From Kiritimatiellia bacterium (lineage in GTDB: Bacteria; Verrucomicrobiota; Kiritimatiellia; JAAZAB01), in the NCBI GenBank assembly GCA_040767085.1, contig JAXGPF010000009.1, forward strand, positions 64,001-128,000: a DNA stretch of 64,000 bases, in the 5' to 3' direction. Position 1 is the stretch's first letter. Each line of letters starts with the position of its first letter. The position numbers and the translations under genes were made by a program. Below are positions 1 through 8,401 of the stretch, in pieces. The notes beneath the pieces are model-generated. The model saw nothing but the letters and a program-made list of their open reading frames with translations. It searched no databases and was not told the DNA's origin.

Positions 1-2497
1 GCGCAGCCAGCGGCTGGCGCACCCGGATACCGAGCTGCTGGCGCAGCGCCAGCCCCAGCGACACCACGAGGCGCGCCAGGCGCGTTTCCTCCACCAAAGC
101 CGGGTTGGCATATGCATCCGGCACGGCGGGCCAGTCGGCCAGGTGCACGGACTCCTCGCCGGTCAAATTGCGGTAAATCACGTCCGTGAGGAAAGGCGCC
201 GCGGGCGCCAGCAGCTTGGCGGTGGTGATCAGCACATAATACAGCGTGTCGTAGGCAGCACGCTTGCCGGGCGTCAGACCGCCGCCCCAGAAACGCTCCC
301 GCGACTGGCGGACATACCAGTTGGTCAAATCATCCAGGAAGTCGAACAGCGGGGCCAGGGCGTGGTTGAGGTAAAAGCCACGGTAGGCTTCCGTTACCCT
401 GCGCTCCGCGTCCTGGAGCACCGCCAGAATCCAGCGGTCCAGCGGATGATCGGGGCTGGGCGCGGCGGCGGGATTGCCGCGGTAACCGTCAATATTGGCG
501 TAAGTGACAAAGAACGAGTAAACATTCCACAGCGGCAGCAGCACCCGCCGCGCCTGTTCCGGCACGCCGGCGTCCTTGAAATTCATATCTTCCATGGCCA
601 CGGCGGGCGAGTTCAACAGGTAGAGCCGCAAGGCATCCGCGCCATGCCGGTCAATCAATTCCATCGGGTCGGTGAAATTTTTGCGCGACTTGGAAATCTT
701 GGTTCCATCCGCCGCCAGCAGCGTGCCGTGCACCAGGCATTGCTTGAAGGCGGCGCGCCCCAGCAGGGCTGCGGCCAGGACGTGCAGGTAATAAAACCAG
801 CCGCGGATTTGCCCCGGATACTCAATGATGAAATCGGCGGGGAAATGAGTTTCAAACCATTCCCGGTTTTCGAACGGATAATGACATTGCCCGTATGGCA
901 TCGCGCCGGATTCAAACCAGCAATCCAGCACTTCCGGCACCCGGTGCATCCGCCCGCCGCAGGCCGGACAGACAGGCACGACCTGGTCCAGGTGTTCCTT
1001 ATGCAGGTCGCTGATCTCCCGGCCGGCGGCCGCCGCGATTTCCGCGCGCGATCCCATCACCAGCCGCCGGCCGCAGGCGTGATTATCGCAGATCCAGACC
1101 GGGATGGGCGTGCCCCAGTAACGCGAGCGCGAGATATTCCAATCTCGCGCGCCTTCCAGCCATTTGCCGAAACGGCCATGCTGAACGTGTTCGGGCACCC
1201 AGCGGATTGTCTCGTTGAGACGCAGAAGCTCGGGCTTGATTTTTTCGACGGCAAAATACCAGGCATCCATCGCCCGGTAAATCAAAGGCGTGCGGCAGCG
1301 CCAGCAATGCGGATAATTATGGTCCAGGGTGCGGTGCGCCAGCAGCAGGCGCCGTTCCTTGAGCGTCCGGATCACATCCCGGTTGCAATCGTGCACATTG
1401 CGGCCGGCGAAATCCGGGACTTCGTCCGTGAAACAGCCGCGGGCGTCCACGGGATTGCGCACGCCCACGCCGTGGCGCTTGCACAGCCAATAGTCCTCTT
1501 CGCCGAAGGCCGGCGCGCAATGCACAATCCCCACCCCGTCGGTCAGCGTCACGAAATCCGCCGGCAGGATGCGAAAGGCGCCCCGTTGGCCATCGGCCAG
1601 GAAGTAAGGGAAAAGCGGGGTATAACGCCGGCCGACCAGGTCCCGGCCGGCGAAGCGGGCGGCAATCCGTGGCGTGGCGCCGAAAATGCCGGACCACTGC
1701 GGCAGGAGGGCCTCGGCCATCACCAGCATCCGGCCGTCATGCTCGAAGGCCGCATACTGGTAGTCCGGCCCGACCGCCAGCGCCAGGTTGGACGGCAGGG
1801 TCCAGGGCGTGGTGGTCCAGGCCAGGTAGTAAGTCGGCAACCCTTCCAGATCATCCTCCGCCTTGAAAGCCACCAGAATTTCCGGGTCCTGGCGCGGCCG
1901 GGTGGAGTCGGATTCGCGGGTGTCGGAAATGGACAAGGCCGTTTCGCAGTGATAGCAATACGGTGTAACGCGGTAATCGCGGTAAATTAAGCCGCGGTCG
2001 TAAGCCTGCTTGAAGACCCACAGCACGGATTCCATGTAATCCGAATCCAGCGTGCGGTAGGCATGTTCGTAATCCACCCAGCGGCCGATCTTGCGGATAT
2101 ACTCCGCCCAGGCCGTATTGCAATCGGCCACCAGGCGCCGGCAGGCATCGTTAAACGCGGCCACGCCGTAGCGGGATTCAATTTCCGTCTTATCGCGGAT
2201 GCCAAGCTGTTTTTCGACGGCGTTTTCAATGGGCAGCCCGTGGCAATCCCACCCCCAGCGCCGCGGCACCGACCAGCCGGCCATCGTGAAAAAGCGCGCC
2301 ATTGCATCCTTGAGGATAGAGACGAAAATGGTGCCGTAATGCGGGGCGCCGGTCGGGAAAGGCGGCCCATCGTAAAACACCATCTCCTTTTGGGAACGGG
2401 CCAGGGATTTCGCGAAGATGCGGCGCTGCTCCCACTCGTCGAGTAATTGGCGTTCCTGCGCGGGGAAATCAACATTGGAAGGGACTAGGTTATACAT
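1..2497 (-). CDS. ileS: Isoleucyl-tRNA synthetase (type 2-like), 3' end outside the window
   Basis: Manual translation from ATG 2497: MYNLVPSNVDFPAQE...FYDGPPFPTGAPHYGT...GWDCHGLPIE...WTTTPWTLPSNLALAV...DWNISRSRYWGTPIP...GQIRGWFY...KISKS. Absent from the ORF track because it has no stop in the window. Confidence 0.95.
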   Translation of the reverse strand, partial: MYNLVPSNVDFPAQERQLLDEWEQRRIFAKSLARSQKEMVFYDGPPFPTGAPHYGTIFVSILKDAMARFFTMAGWSVPRRWGWDCHGLPIENAVEKQLGIRDKTEIESRYGVAAFNDACRRLVADCNTAWAEYIRKIGRWVDYEHAYRTLDSDYMESVLWVFKQAYDRGLIYRDYRVTPYCYHCETALSISDTRESDSTRPRQDPEILVAFKAEDDLEGLPTYYLAWTTTPWTLPSNLALAVGPDYQYAAFEHDGRMLVMAEALLPQWSGIFGATPRIAARFAGRDLVGRRYTPLFPYFLADGQRGAFRILPADFVTLTDGVGIVHCAPAFGEEDYWLCKRHGVGVRNPVDARGCFTDEVPDFAGRNVHDCNRDVIRTLKERRLLLAHRTLDHNYPHCWRCRTPLIYRAMDAWYFAVEKIKPELLRLNETIRWVPEHVQHGRFGKWLEGARDWNISRSRYWGTPIPVWICDNHACGRRLVMGSRAEIAAAAGREISDLHKEHLDQVVPVCPACGGRMHRVPEVLDCWFESGAMPYGQCHYPFENREWFETHFPADFIIEYPGQIRGWFYYLHVLAAALLGRAAFKQCLVHGTLLAADGTKISKSRKNFTDPMELIDRHGADALRLYLLNSPAVAMEDMNFKDAGVPEQARRVLLPLWNVYSFFVTYANIDGYRGNPAAAPSPDHPLDRWILAVLQDAERRVTEAYRGFYLNHALAPLFDFLDDLTNWYVRQSRERFWGGGLTPGKRAAYDTLYYVLITTAKLLAPAAPFLTDVIYRNLTGEESVHLADWPAVPDAYANPALVEETRLARLVVSLGLALRQQLGIRVRQPLAA

Positions 2498-2573
2498 GAT
2501 GCACCGGCCCTTGAGGCGCCGCATGGCCGGATCGTTCGCCGGTCCGGCCAACCGTCGGTAAAAATGGTTTGCG

Positions 2574-2601
2574 ATTGTAGCATATCCCGCCGCGGCTTCA
2601 A
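2574..2601 (-). promoter_or_regulatory. Putative sigma70 promoter for ileS
   Basis: Minus strand TTGAAG-N16-TACAAT with extended TGn, about 75 nt upstream of the ATG. Confidence 0.5.
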
Positions 2602-2624
2602 GTCTTTTTCCAAGGAAAAAATGC

Positions 2625-2654
2625 TTGTGATGCCGGCTGGACGTATGTTATAAA
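2625..2654 (+). promoter_or_regulatory. Putative sigma70 promoter for the ankyrin/nucleoside salvage operon
   Basis: TTGTGA-N18-TATAAA with extended TGn; AGGAG RBS before ATG 2722. Confidence 0.45.
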
Positions 2655-2721
2655 TTCAAGCAAGGCAGGCAGCGCCGCCGATTGCGGCGCCGGCCCAGCC
2701 GGCTATGCGAGGAGAATTGTT

Positions 2722-3423
2722 ATGCGTTGGACACTCATTGCCGCCGCGCTGGCGCTGCTGCTGCCGCTGGCGCGCGCCACGCCCTTGACCGAAACCACGC
2801 TCACCGACGCCCCACCCGCGCCGGAGTTTTCGGCGGAAGGATTCATGCAAGCGTTGCATCATGCCGACAGCCAGGTGGTCCAGGAATACTGCCGCGCCGG
2901 CGGCGATGTCAATGTCTGCAACCAGTACACCGGGATGTCGCCGCTGCATTACGCCGCCGGCAACAACCGCCGCTCAGCCGCCGAATTGCTGCTGAACGCC
3001 GGCGCCAAGGTCAACCAGCGCAACAAGACCGGAGCCACGCCGCTGCATCTGGCCGCCGCCCGCGGCCTGCAAGACATGGCCATCCTGCTGCTGCGCCAGG
3101 GCGCCGAAATTGATGCGCACGACCGGGACGGCTTCACCCCGCTGCACCTGGCGGCCCAGCATAATCACCCGGAAATGGTGTTGCTGCTGGCCGGCTGGGG
3201 CGCAGACTTGGAAGCCCGCACCAATGATCGGGGGCTGACCCCTCTGCATTGGGCCGCATTCATCGGCTGCCCCAACACCGTCAAGGCGCTGATGCGCTGC
3301 GGCGCCAACCTGGGCGCCACGGATAATCTCGGCCGCACCCCGTACGAATGGGCCAGCCACTATCTTCACACATCCTCCGCTCGCATCCTGGCGCGCCGCG
3401 GCGGGCACTGGTTCGGACATTAA
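2722..3423 (+). CDS. Exported ankyrin-repeat protein
   Basis: Signal peptide MRWTLIAAALALLLPLARA; repeats GMSPLHYAA, GATPLHLAA, GFTPLHLAA, GLTPLHWAA, GRTPYEWA. Confidence 0.9.
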   Translation: MRWTLIAAALALLLPLARATPLTETTLTDAPPAPEFSAEGFMQALHHADSQVVQEYCRAGGDVNVCNQYTGMSPLHYAAGNNRRSAAELLLNAGAKVNQRNKTGATPLHLAAARGLQDMAILLLRQGAEIDAHDRDGFTPLHLAAQHNHPEMVLLLAGWGADLEARTNDRGLTPLHWAAFIGCPNTVKALMRCGANLGATDNLGRTPYEWASHYLHTSSARILARRGGHWFGH

Positions 3424-4229
3424 TGCCTATTGCCCTCCCCGATTACCACATCCACACGCCGTTATGCAAGCATGCCGCCGGCGCGCCGGAGGAATATAAG
3501 CTTACCGCCGCATGCCGCGGGATGCCGGAGTTGTGTTTTGCCGACCATGCCCCCGCGCCGGACGGCTACGACGCCCGGTACCGCATGGCGCTGGACGATT
3601 TCCCGGAGTACCGCCGCATGGTGGCCGCGATTCAAGACCATCAGCCGCCGGCCATTGGTTTCGGGATTGAAGCCGACTATTACCCCGCCGGTTTGGATTT
3701 CCTGAAGTCCTGGCTGCCGCGCCAGCAGTTCGACCTGGTGCTGGGCTCCGTGCATTACATCGGCGATTGGGCCTTCGACAATCCCGACGAGCGCCATATC
3801 TGGGAAAGCGCGGGGGTGGCGGCCGCCTGGGAACGCTATTTTGATCTGGTCGGCGCCATGGCCGATACCCGCCTGTTCGATGTGGTTGCCCACCTGGACT
3901 TGCCGAAAAAATTCGGCTTCCGGCCGCCTGAAAACGCCGTGCGCGCCATGGCTGCGCCGGCGCTGGACCGCATCCGGGCGTCTGGCATGGCGATTGAAAT
4001 CAACACCGCCGGCCTGCGCAAGCCGGCGCGGGAAATGTATCCCGCGCCCTACCTGCTGGAAATGGCGCAGGCGCGCGGGATCCCGATCTGTTTCGGCTCC
4101 GATGCGCACGCGCCCGCGGAAGTGGGCTACGCCTTTCCGGAGGCGCTGGCGCTGGCCCGCGCCGCCGGTTATCGCACGGCCGTGCGCTTCCAGGCGCGGC
4201 GCCAGGTTGCCTACGCCCTGCCGGAATGA
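3423..4229 (+). CDS. PHP-family histidinol-phosphatase (HisJ/HisK type)
   Basis: DYHIHTPLCKHA, ADHAP, GIEAD, GSVHY, AHLDLPKKF, IEINTAG, GSDAH; TAATG overlap with the upstream stop. Confidence 0.88.
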   Translation: MPIALPDYHIHTPLCKHAAGAPEEYKLTAACRGMPELCFADHAPAPDGYDARYRMALDDFPEYRRMVAAIQDHQPPAIGFGIEADYYPAGLDFLKSWLPRQQFDLVLGSVHYIGDWAFDNPDERHIWESAGVAAAWERYFDLVGAMADTRLFDVVAHLDLPKKFGFRPPENAVRAMAAPALDRIRASGMAIEINTAGLRKPAREMYPAPYLLEMAQARGIPICFGSDAHAPAEVGYAFPEALALARAAGYRTAVRFQARRQVAYALPE

Positions 4230-4253
4230 ACGCGCCGGACGGACTCCATCCCG

Positions 4254-5582
4254 ATGAATGCCACCGAATCAACACCCATTCAATGGATCATTGAAAACAA
4301 GCGCGACGGCCGGGAACTGCCGGCAGCGGATATCCGCCGGATCATCCGGGGCTATGCCGCGGGCGAAGTGCCGGACTACCAGGTGGCGGCGCTGGCCATG
4401 GCCATCTACTTCCGCGGCATGACGGCCGCCGAGACGGCCGCTCTGACCGCCAGCATGCAGCAGACTGGCGCCACCATGGATTTTTCCGATTTGCCGCAGC
4501 CGAAAATCGATAAACATTCCACCGGCGGCGTCGGCGACAAGATTTCGCTGATCCTCGCCCCGCTGGCGGCGGCGGCCGGGCTGGCCGTGCCCATGATCGC
4601 CGGACGCGGACTGGGCGCCACCGGCGGCACGATTGACAAACTGGAATCCATCCCCGGCTTCCGCACCAACCTGAACACCGCCGAATTTAAAAATGTATTG
4701 CGCCAGTGCGGCTGCTCCATCATCAGCCAATCCGCGGACATTGCGCCGGCCGACAAACGTCTGTATGCCTTGCGCGACGTCACCGGCACGGTGCCTTCCA
4801 TCCCGCTGATCGTCGCCAGCATTCTCAGCAAGAAACTGGCCGCCGGCCTGGACGGACTGGTCCTGGACGTCAAATGGGGCCGGGGCGCCTTCATGGAAGA
4901 TTACGCGGCCGCCCGCCAACTGGCGGCGCGTTTGACCGAGACGGCCGGCGAACTGGGTCTGCCCTGCCGGGCGCTTTTAACCGACATGAACCAGCCGTTG
5001 GGACGCGCGGCCGGCAACGCGCCGGAAGTGGCGGAAGCCGCGGCCGTGCTGCGCGGCCAAGGGCCGGCGGATATCCGGGAACTGGCCGTCGAATTATGCG
5101 CACGCATGTTGTGCATGGGCGCAATTTTTAACGATGCCGCCGCGGCGCGGGAACGCGCCGCGACCGTGCTGGACTCCGGCGCCGCCAGGGAAAGATTCCT
5201 GCGCATGGTGGAATTGCACGGGGGCAATCCGCGGGTTTTCGAGGCCGGTCCGGGCGCCCCGGCTCTGCCCCGGGCCGGCATGCGGCATACCATCGCCGCG
5301 CCGCGCGCCGGTTACATTGCCGGCGTAGATGCCGGACTGATCGGCAAGGCCTGCGTGGCGCTCGGCGCCGGCCGGACGCGCGTGACGGATACCGTTGATC
5401 CCGCGGCGGGGATCACCGGCATCAAAAGAATCGGCGAACCGGTGGAAGCCGGCGCACCGTTGGCGGTGCTCCATGCGCACAACCAGGCCCGGTTGGACGC
5501 CGCGGCGCCGCTGGCGGAACGAGCTTTCGAACTTTCGGAATCGCCGGCCAAACAGCCGGACTTGATCAACGACTGGATCTAG
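4254..5582 (+). CDS. pdp: Pyrimidine-nucleoside/thymidine phosphorylase
   Basis: KIDKHSTGGVGDK, GRGLGATGGTIDKLESIPG, LYALRDVTGTV, SILSKKLA, DMNQPLG. Confidence 0.95.
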   Translation: MNATESTPIQWIIENKRDGRELPAADIRRIIRGYAAGEVPDYQVAALAMAIYFRGMTAAETAALTASMQQTGATMDFSDLPQPKIDKHSTGGVGDKISLILAPLAAAAGLAVPMIAGRGLGATGGTIDKLESIPGFRTNLNTAEFKNVLRQCGCSIISQSADIAPADKRLYALRDVTGTVPSIPLIVASILSKKLAAGLDGLVLDVKWGRGAFMEDYAAARQLAARLTETAGELGLPCRALLTDMNQPLGRAAGNAPEVAEAAAVLRGQGPADIRELAVELCARMLCMGAIFNDAAAARERAATVLDSGAARERFLRMVELHGGNPRVFEAGPGAPALPRAGMRHTIAAPRAGYIAGVDAGLIGKACVALGAGRTRVTDTVDPAAGITGIKRIGEPVEAGAPLAVLHAHNQARLDAAAPLAERAFELSESPAKQPDLINDWI

Positions 5583-6428
5583 ATGAGCGATAATATGCAT
5601 GACAATCCACACCATGTCATATCAAAGGCTTTCCCCGGCGCGCGGCCGCGGACGGCGCTGATCTTGGGGTCCGGTTGGGGAGCGGCCGCTGAAATTTTCA
5701 AAAGCCGCGGCAAACTCGCCTATAGCGCCATCCCCGGTTTAGGCGCCGCCACCGTCAGCGGCCATGATGGCCGGCTGATCTGGGGAGAATGCGCCGGCGT
5801 GGAAACGCTGGTCTTCCAGGGCCGCCGCCATTGGTATGAAAATGCGGGCTGGGATCCGGTGCTCTTGCCCGTGCGGATTTGCCGGCAAATGGGAGTCCAA
5901 TACCTGGTGCTGACCAACGCCGCCGGCGGCATCCGCGCCGACCTGCCGCCGGGCGCCCTGATGATCATCGAAGATCATATCAACGCCATGGGCGTCAATC
6001 CCTTGTCGGCCCGGCGCCCCGATGAATGCTCCCCTTTTTTCACAGACCAATCCGCGGTGTATGACGGGCGGCTGCGCGCTCTCGCGCGGGCGGCCGCCGC
6101 CCAAGGCAACCTGGCGGCCGCCACCGGGATTTACCTGGCCGTCAGCGGGCCCAGCTACGAGACGCCGGCGGAAATCCGGATGTACCGGGCGTGGGGGGCG
6201 GATGCCGCCGGGATGTCCACCGTCCCTGAAGCAATGCTGGCGCATGCGCTGGGTTTGCGGGTATTGGGGATTTCCTGCATCACCAATCCGGCCGCCGGAT
6301 TGCAAATGGCGGCGCTCTCCCATGCCGAAGTCACCGCCCAAGCCGCCCAAGCCATGCCCGCCTTGCGCAAGATGCTGGAGTTGCTGTGGCGGAAGCTTGC
6401 CGGGGAACCGGATCACCCAAGGAGCTAA
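5583..6428 (+). CDS. punA: Purine-nucleoside phosphorylase (trimeric type)
   Basis: LILGSG, QGRRHWYE, LTNAAGG, DHIN, GPSYETPAE, GMSTVPE, CITN, SHAEV. Confidence 0.92.
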   Translation: MSDNMHDNPHHVISKAFPGARPRTALILGSGWGAAAEIFKSRGKLAYSAIPGLGAATVSGHDGRLIWGECAGVETLVFQGRRHWYENAGWDPVLLPVRICRQMGVQYLVLTNAAGGIRADLPPGALMIIEDHINAMGVNPLSARRPDECSPFFTDQSAVYDGRLRALARAAAAQGNLAAATGIYLAVSGPSYETPAEIRMYRAWGADAAGMSTVPEAMLAHALGLRVLGISCITNPAAGLQMAALSHAEVTAQAAQAMPALRKMLELLWRKLAGEPDHPRS

Positions 6429-6440
6429 AGGCGCATTTTC

Positions 6441-6839
6441 ATGATTAACAACCAAACATTACAGGTTATGCGCCGCGCCGCCCGCGCCGTTCGCCGCCGG
6501 GCATATGCCCCCTACTCCGGATTCCAGGTCGGCGCCGCCGTCCTGACCGCCGGCGGCCGGATTTTCACCGGCGTTAACGTGGAAAACGCCTCCTACGGAC
6601 TGACCATTTGCGCCGAGCGCGCGGCAATACAGGCTGCCGTGGCGGCCGGGCAATGCCGTCTGCGCGCCGTTTTAATTGTGGCGCCGCATGCCGCGCCGCC
6701 CTGCGGCGCCTGCCGGCAGGTACTGGCGGAATTTGCCGGACCGGATTGCCCGGTATATCTCGCCGAGCCGGCCGGCCGGACGCCGCCCAAACGGCTGCGC
6801 CTGGGAGAATTGCTGCCGCTGGCATTTAAACTCAAATGA
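6441..6839 (+). CDS. cdd: Cytidine deaminase (homotetrameric type)
   Basis: AYAPYSGFQVGAA, GVNVENASYGLTICAE, PCGACRQ. Confidence 0.95.
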   Translation: MINNQTLQVMRRAARAVRRRAYAPYSGFQVGAAVLTAGGRIFTGVNVENASYGLTICAERAAIQAAVAAGQCRLRAVLIVAPHAAPPCGACRQVLAEFAGPDCPVYLAEPAGRTPPKRLRLGELLPLAFKLK

Positions 6840-8194
6840 CCGATCTTGATTCAACCCAATTACACCAGGGCGCCGTCCATGTCGTCGCCGTGCTGCAAAA
6901 AGCCGGGCACACCGCGCTGTGGGCCGGCGGTTGCGTGCGGGACATGCTGATGGGGCGTCCGCCCAAGGATTACGATATTGCCACCAGCGCCCTGCCCGAC
7001 GAGGTTTTACGGCTCTTACCGCGCGCCATGGCCGTCGGCAAGGCCTTTGGCGTCGTGCGCGCCCCGTGGCATGAGCATTACTACGAAGTGGCCACCTTCC
7101 GGCGGGATTTCGCCTACCGCGACGGACGCCGGCCGGATTTCGTCGTTTTCGCCGATGCGCCGGCCGATGCCCAGCGCCGGGATTTCACCGTCAACGCCAT
7201 GTTTTTCGACCCGGTATCGAAGGAGTTGCATGATTACGTCAAGGGCCAGGCCGATCTGGCCGCGCGCGTGATCCGCGCCGTCGGCGATCCGGCGGCGCGC
7301 TTCGCGGAAGACCACCTGCGCCTTTTGCGCGGCGTCCGGTTTGCCGCCACGCTGGATTTTGCGCTGGACCCGGCGACAGCCCGGGCCATCCGCGCGCATG
7401 CCGGCATGATCACGCGCATCAGCGCCGAACGCATTCAAATTGAAATTACCCGTATCCTGCTGGAATCCGCGCGCGCGGGCGACGCCCTGCGCCAGTTGGA
7501 CGAACTGGGCTTGCTGGGACACATTATTCCGGAGGCATCCGCCATGCGCGGCCAGGCCCAGCCGCCGCAATTTCATCCCGAGGGCGACGTCTTCACCCAC
7601 ACCGTCCTGATGCTGAACGCCATGCCGCCCCATCGGCCGCTGCGCCTGGCCTGGGCGGCGCTGCTGCATGACATCGGCAAGCCCCCCACCTGCCGCCAGA
7701 CTGAAGCGCGCCTGCGTTTTGACGGGCACGCCGCAGTGGGCGCGACGATGGCGGAAGCGGTGATGAAGCGTCTGCGCATGGCCAACGACGACATCAAGGC
7801 CGTGACCTTCTGCATCGCCAACCACATGCGGTTCATGGAAGTACAGCGCATGAAACGTTCGACGCTGCTGCGGCTGATCGGCGCGGACACCTTCCCGCTG
7901 GAGCTGGAGCTGCACCGCCTGGACTGCCTGGCCAGCCATGGCGACCTGTCCAATTACAACTTTCTCCAGGAATTTATCCAAGCCCGCGCGGCGGAGCCCG
8001 CCTTGCCGCCGCCGCTGATCACCGGGCGTGATATCATGGCTCTGGGCATACACAATGGGCCGGAGATCGGGCAATGGAAACAGGCGGCGTATGAAGCCCA
8101 GCTCAACAACCAATTCGCGGACCAGGATGCCGCTCTGGAATGGTTGCGCCAGCAACTGCGCGCTCCCGGGCAGCCTGCCCGGCTGAAAAACTGA
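6836..8194 (+). CDS. cca: CCA tRNA nucleotidyltransferase with HD domain
   Basis: AGGCVRD, KDYDIAT, EVATFR, RRDFTVNA, EDHLRLLR, LHDIGKP. Confidence 0.88.
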   Translation: MTDLDSTQLHQGAVHVVAVLQKAGHTALWAGGCVRDMLMGRPPKDYDIATSALPDEVLRLLPRAMAVGKAFGVVRAPWHEHYYEVATFRRDFAYRDGRRPDFVVFADAPADAQRRDFTVNAMFFDPVSKELHDYVKGQADLAARVIRAVGDPAARFAEDHLRLLRGVRFAATLDFALDPATARAIRAHAGMITRISAERIQIEITRILLESARAGDALRQLDELGLLGHIIPEASAMRGQAQPPQFHPEGDVFTHTVLMLNAMPPHRPLRLAWAALLHDIGKPPTCRQTEARLRFDGHAAVGATMAEAVMKRLRMANDDIKAVTFCIANHMRFMEVQRMKRSTLLRLIGADTFPLELELHRLDCLASHGDLSNYNFLQEFIQARAAEPALPPPLITGRDIMALGIHNGPEIGQWKQAAYEAQLNNQFADQDAALEWLRQQLRAPGQPARLKN

Positions 8195-8401
8195 ATATTT
8201 TACACATCAGGCGGAACAGGGCAAAATAATTTTGTCCGTTTTGGAGTGCGGCGGCGCGACCTGCTTTTCCCGCTTAGGGTGCGAACAAGATTTTTTCCCG
8301 CTGACAAATTTCCATTCTGCCCAGAGAACCCAGTCTCGTAAATTATATCAGCAATGCGCCGATTTCGCCGGCGACGGCAGTTCCGCCCGGAAGGCAGGCA
8401 G

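Noticed and set aside
143-1990. 615-aa plus-strand ORF
   Set aside because: Antisense shadow of ileS in high-GC DNA, with no recognisable motifs
2524-2550. Hairpin in the ileS leader as a T-box or riboswitch
   Set aside because: The hairpin (TGGCCGGA..TCCGGCCA) is real, but the leader is short and has no T-box consensus
8239-8270. TTTTGGAGTGCGGCGGCGCGACCTGCTTTT as a REP copy
   Set aside because: REP-like start but the stem is too degenerate and there is only one copy in the window
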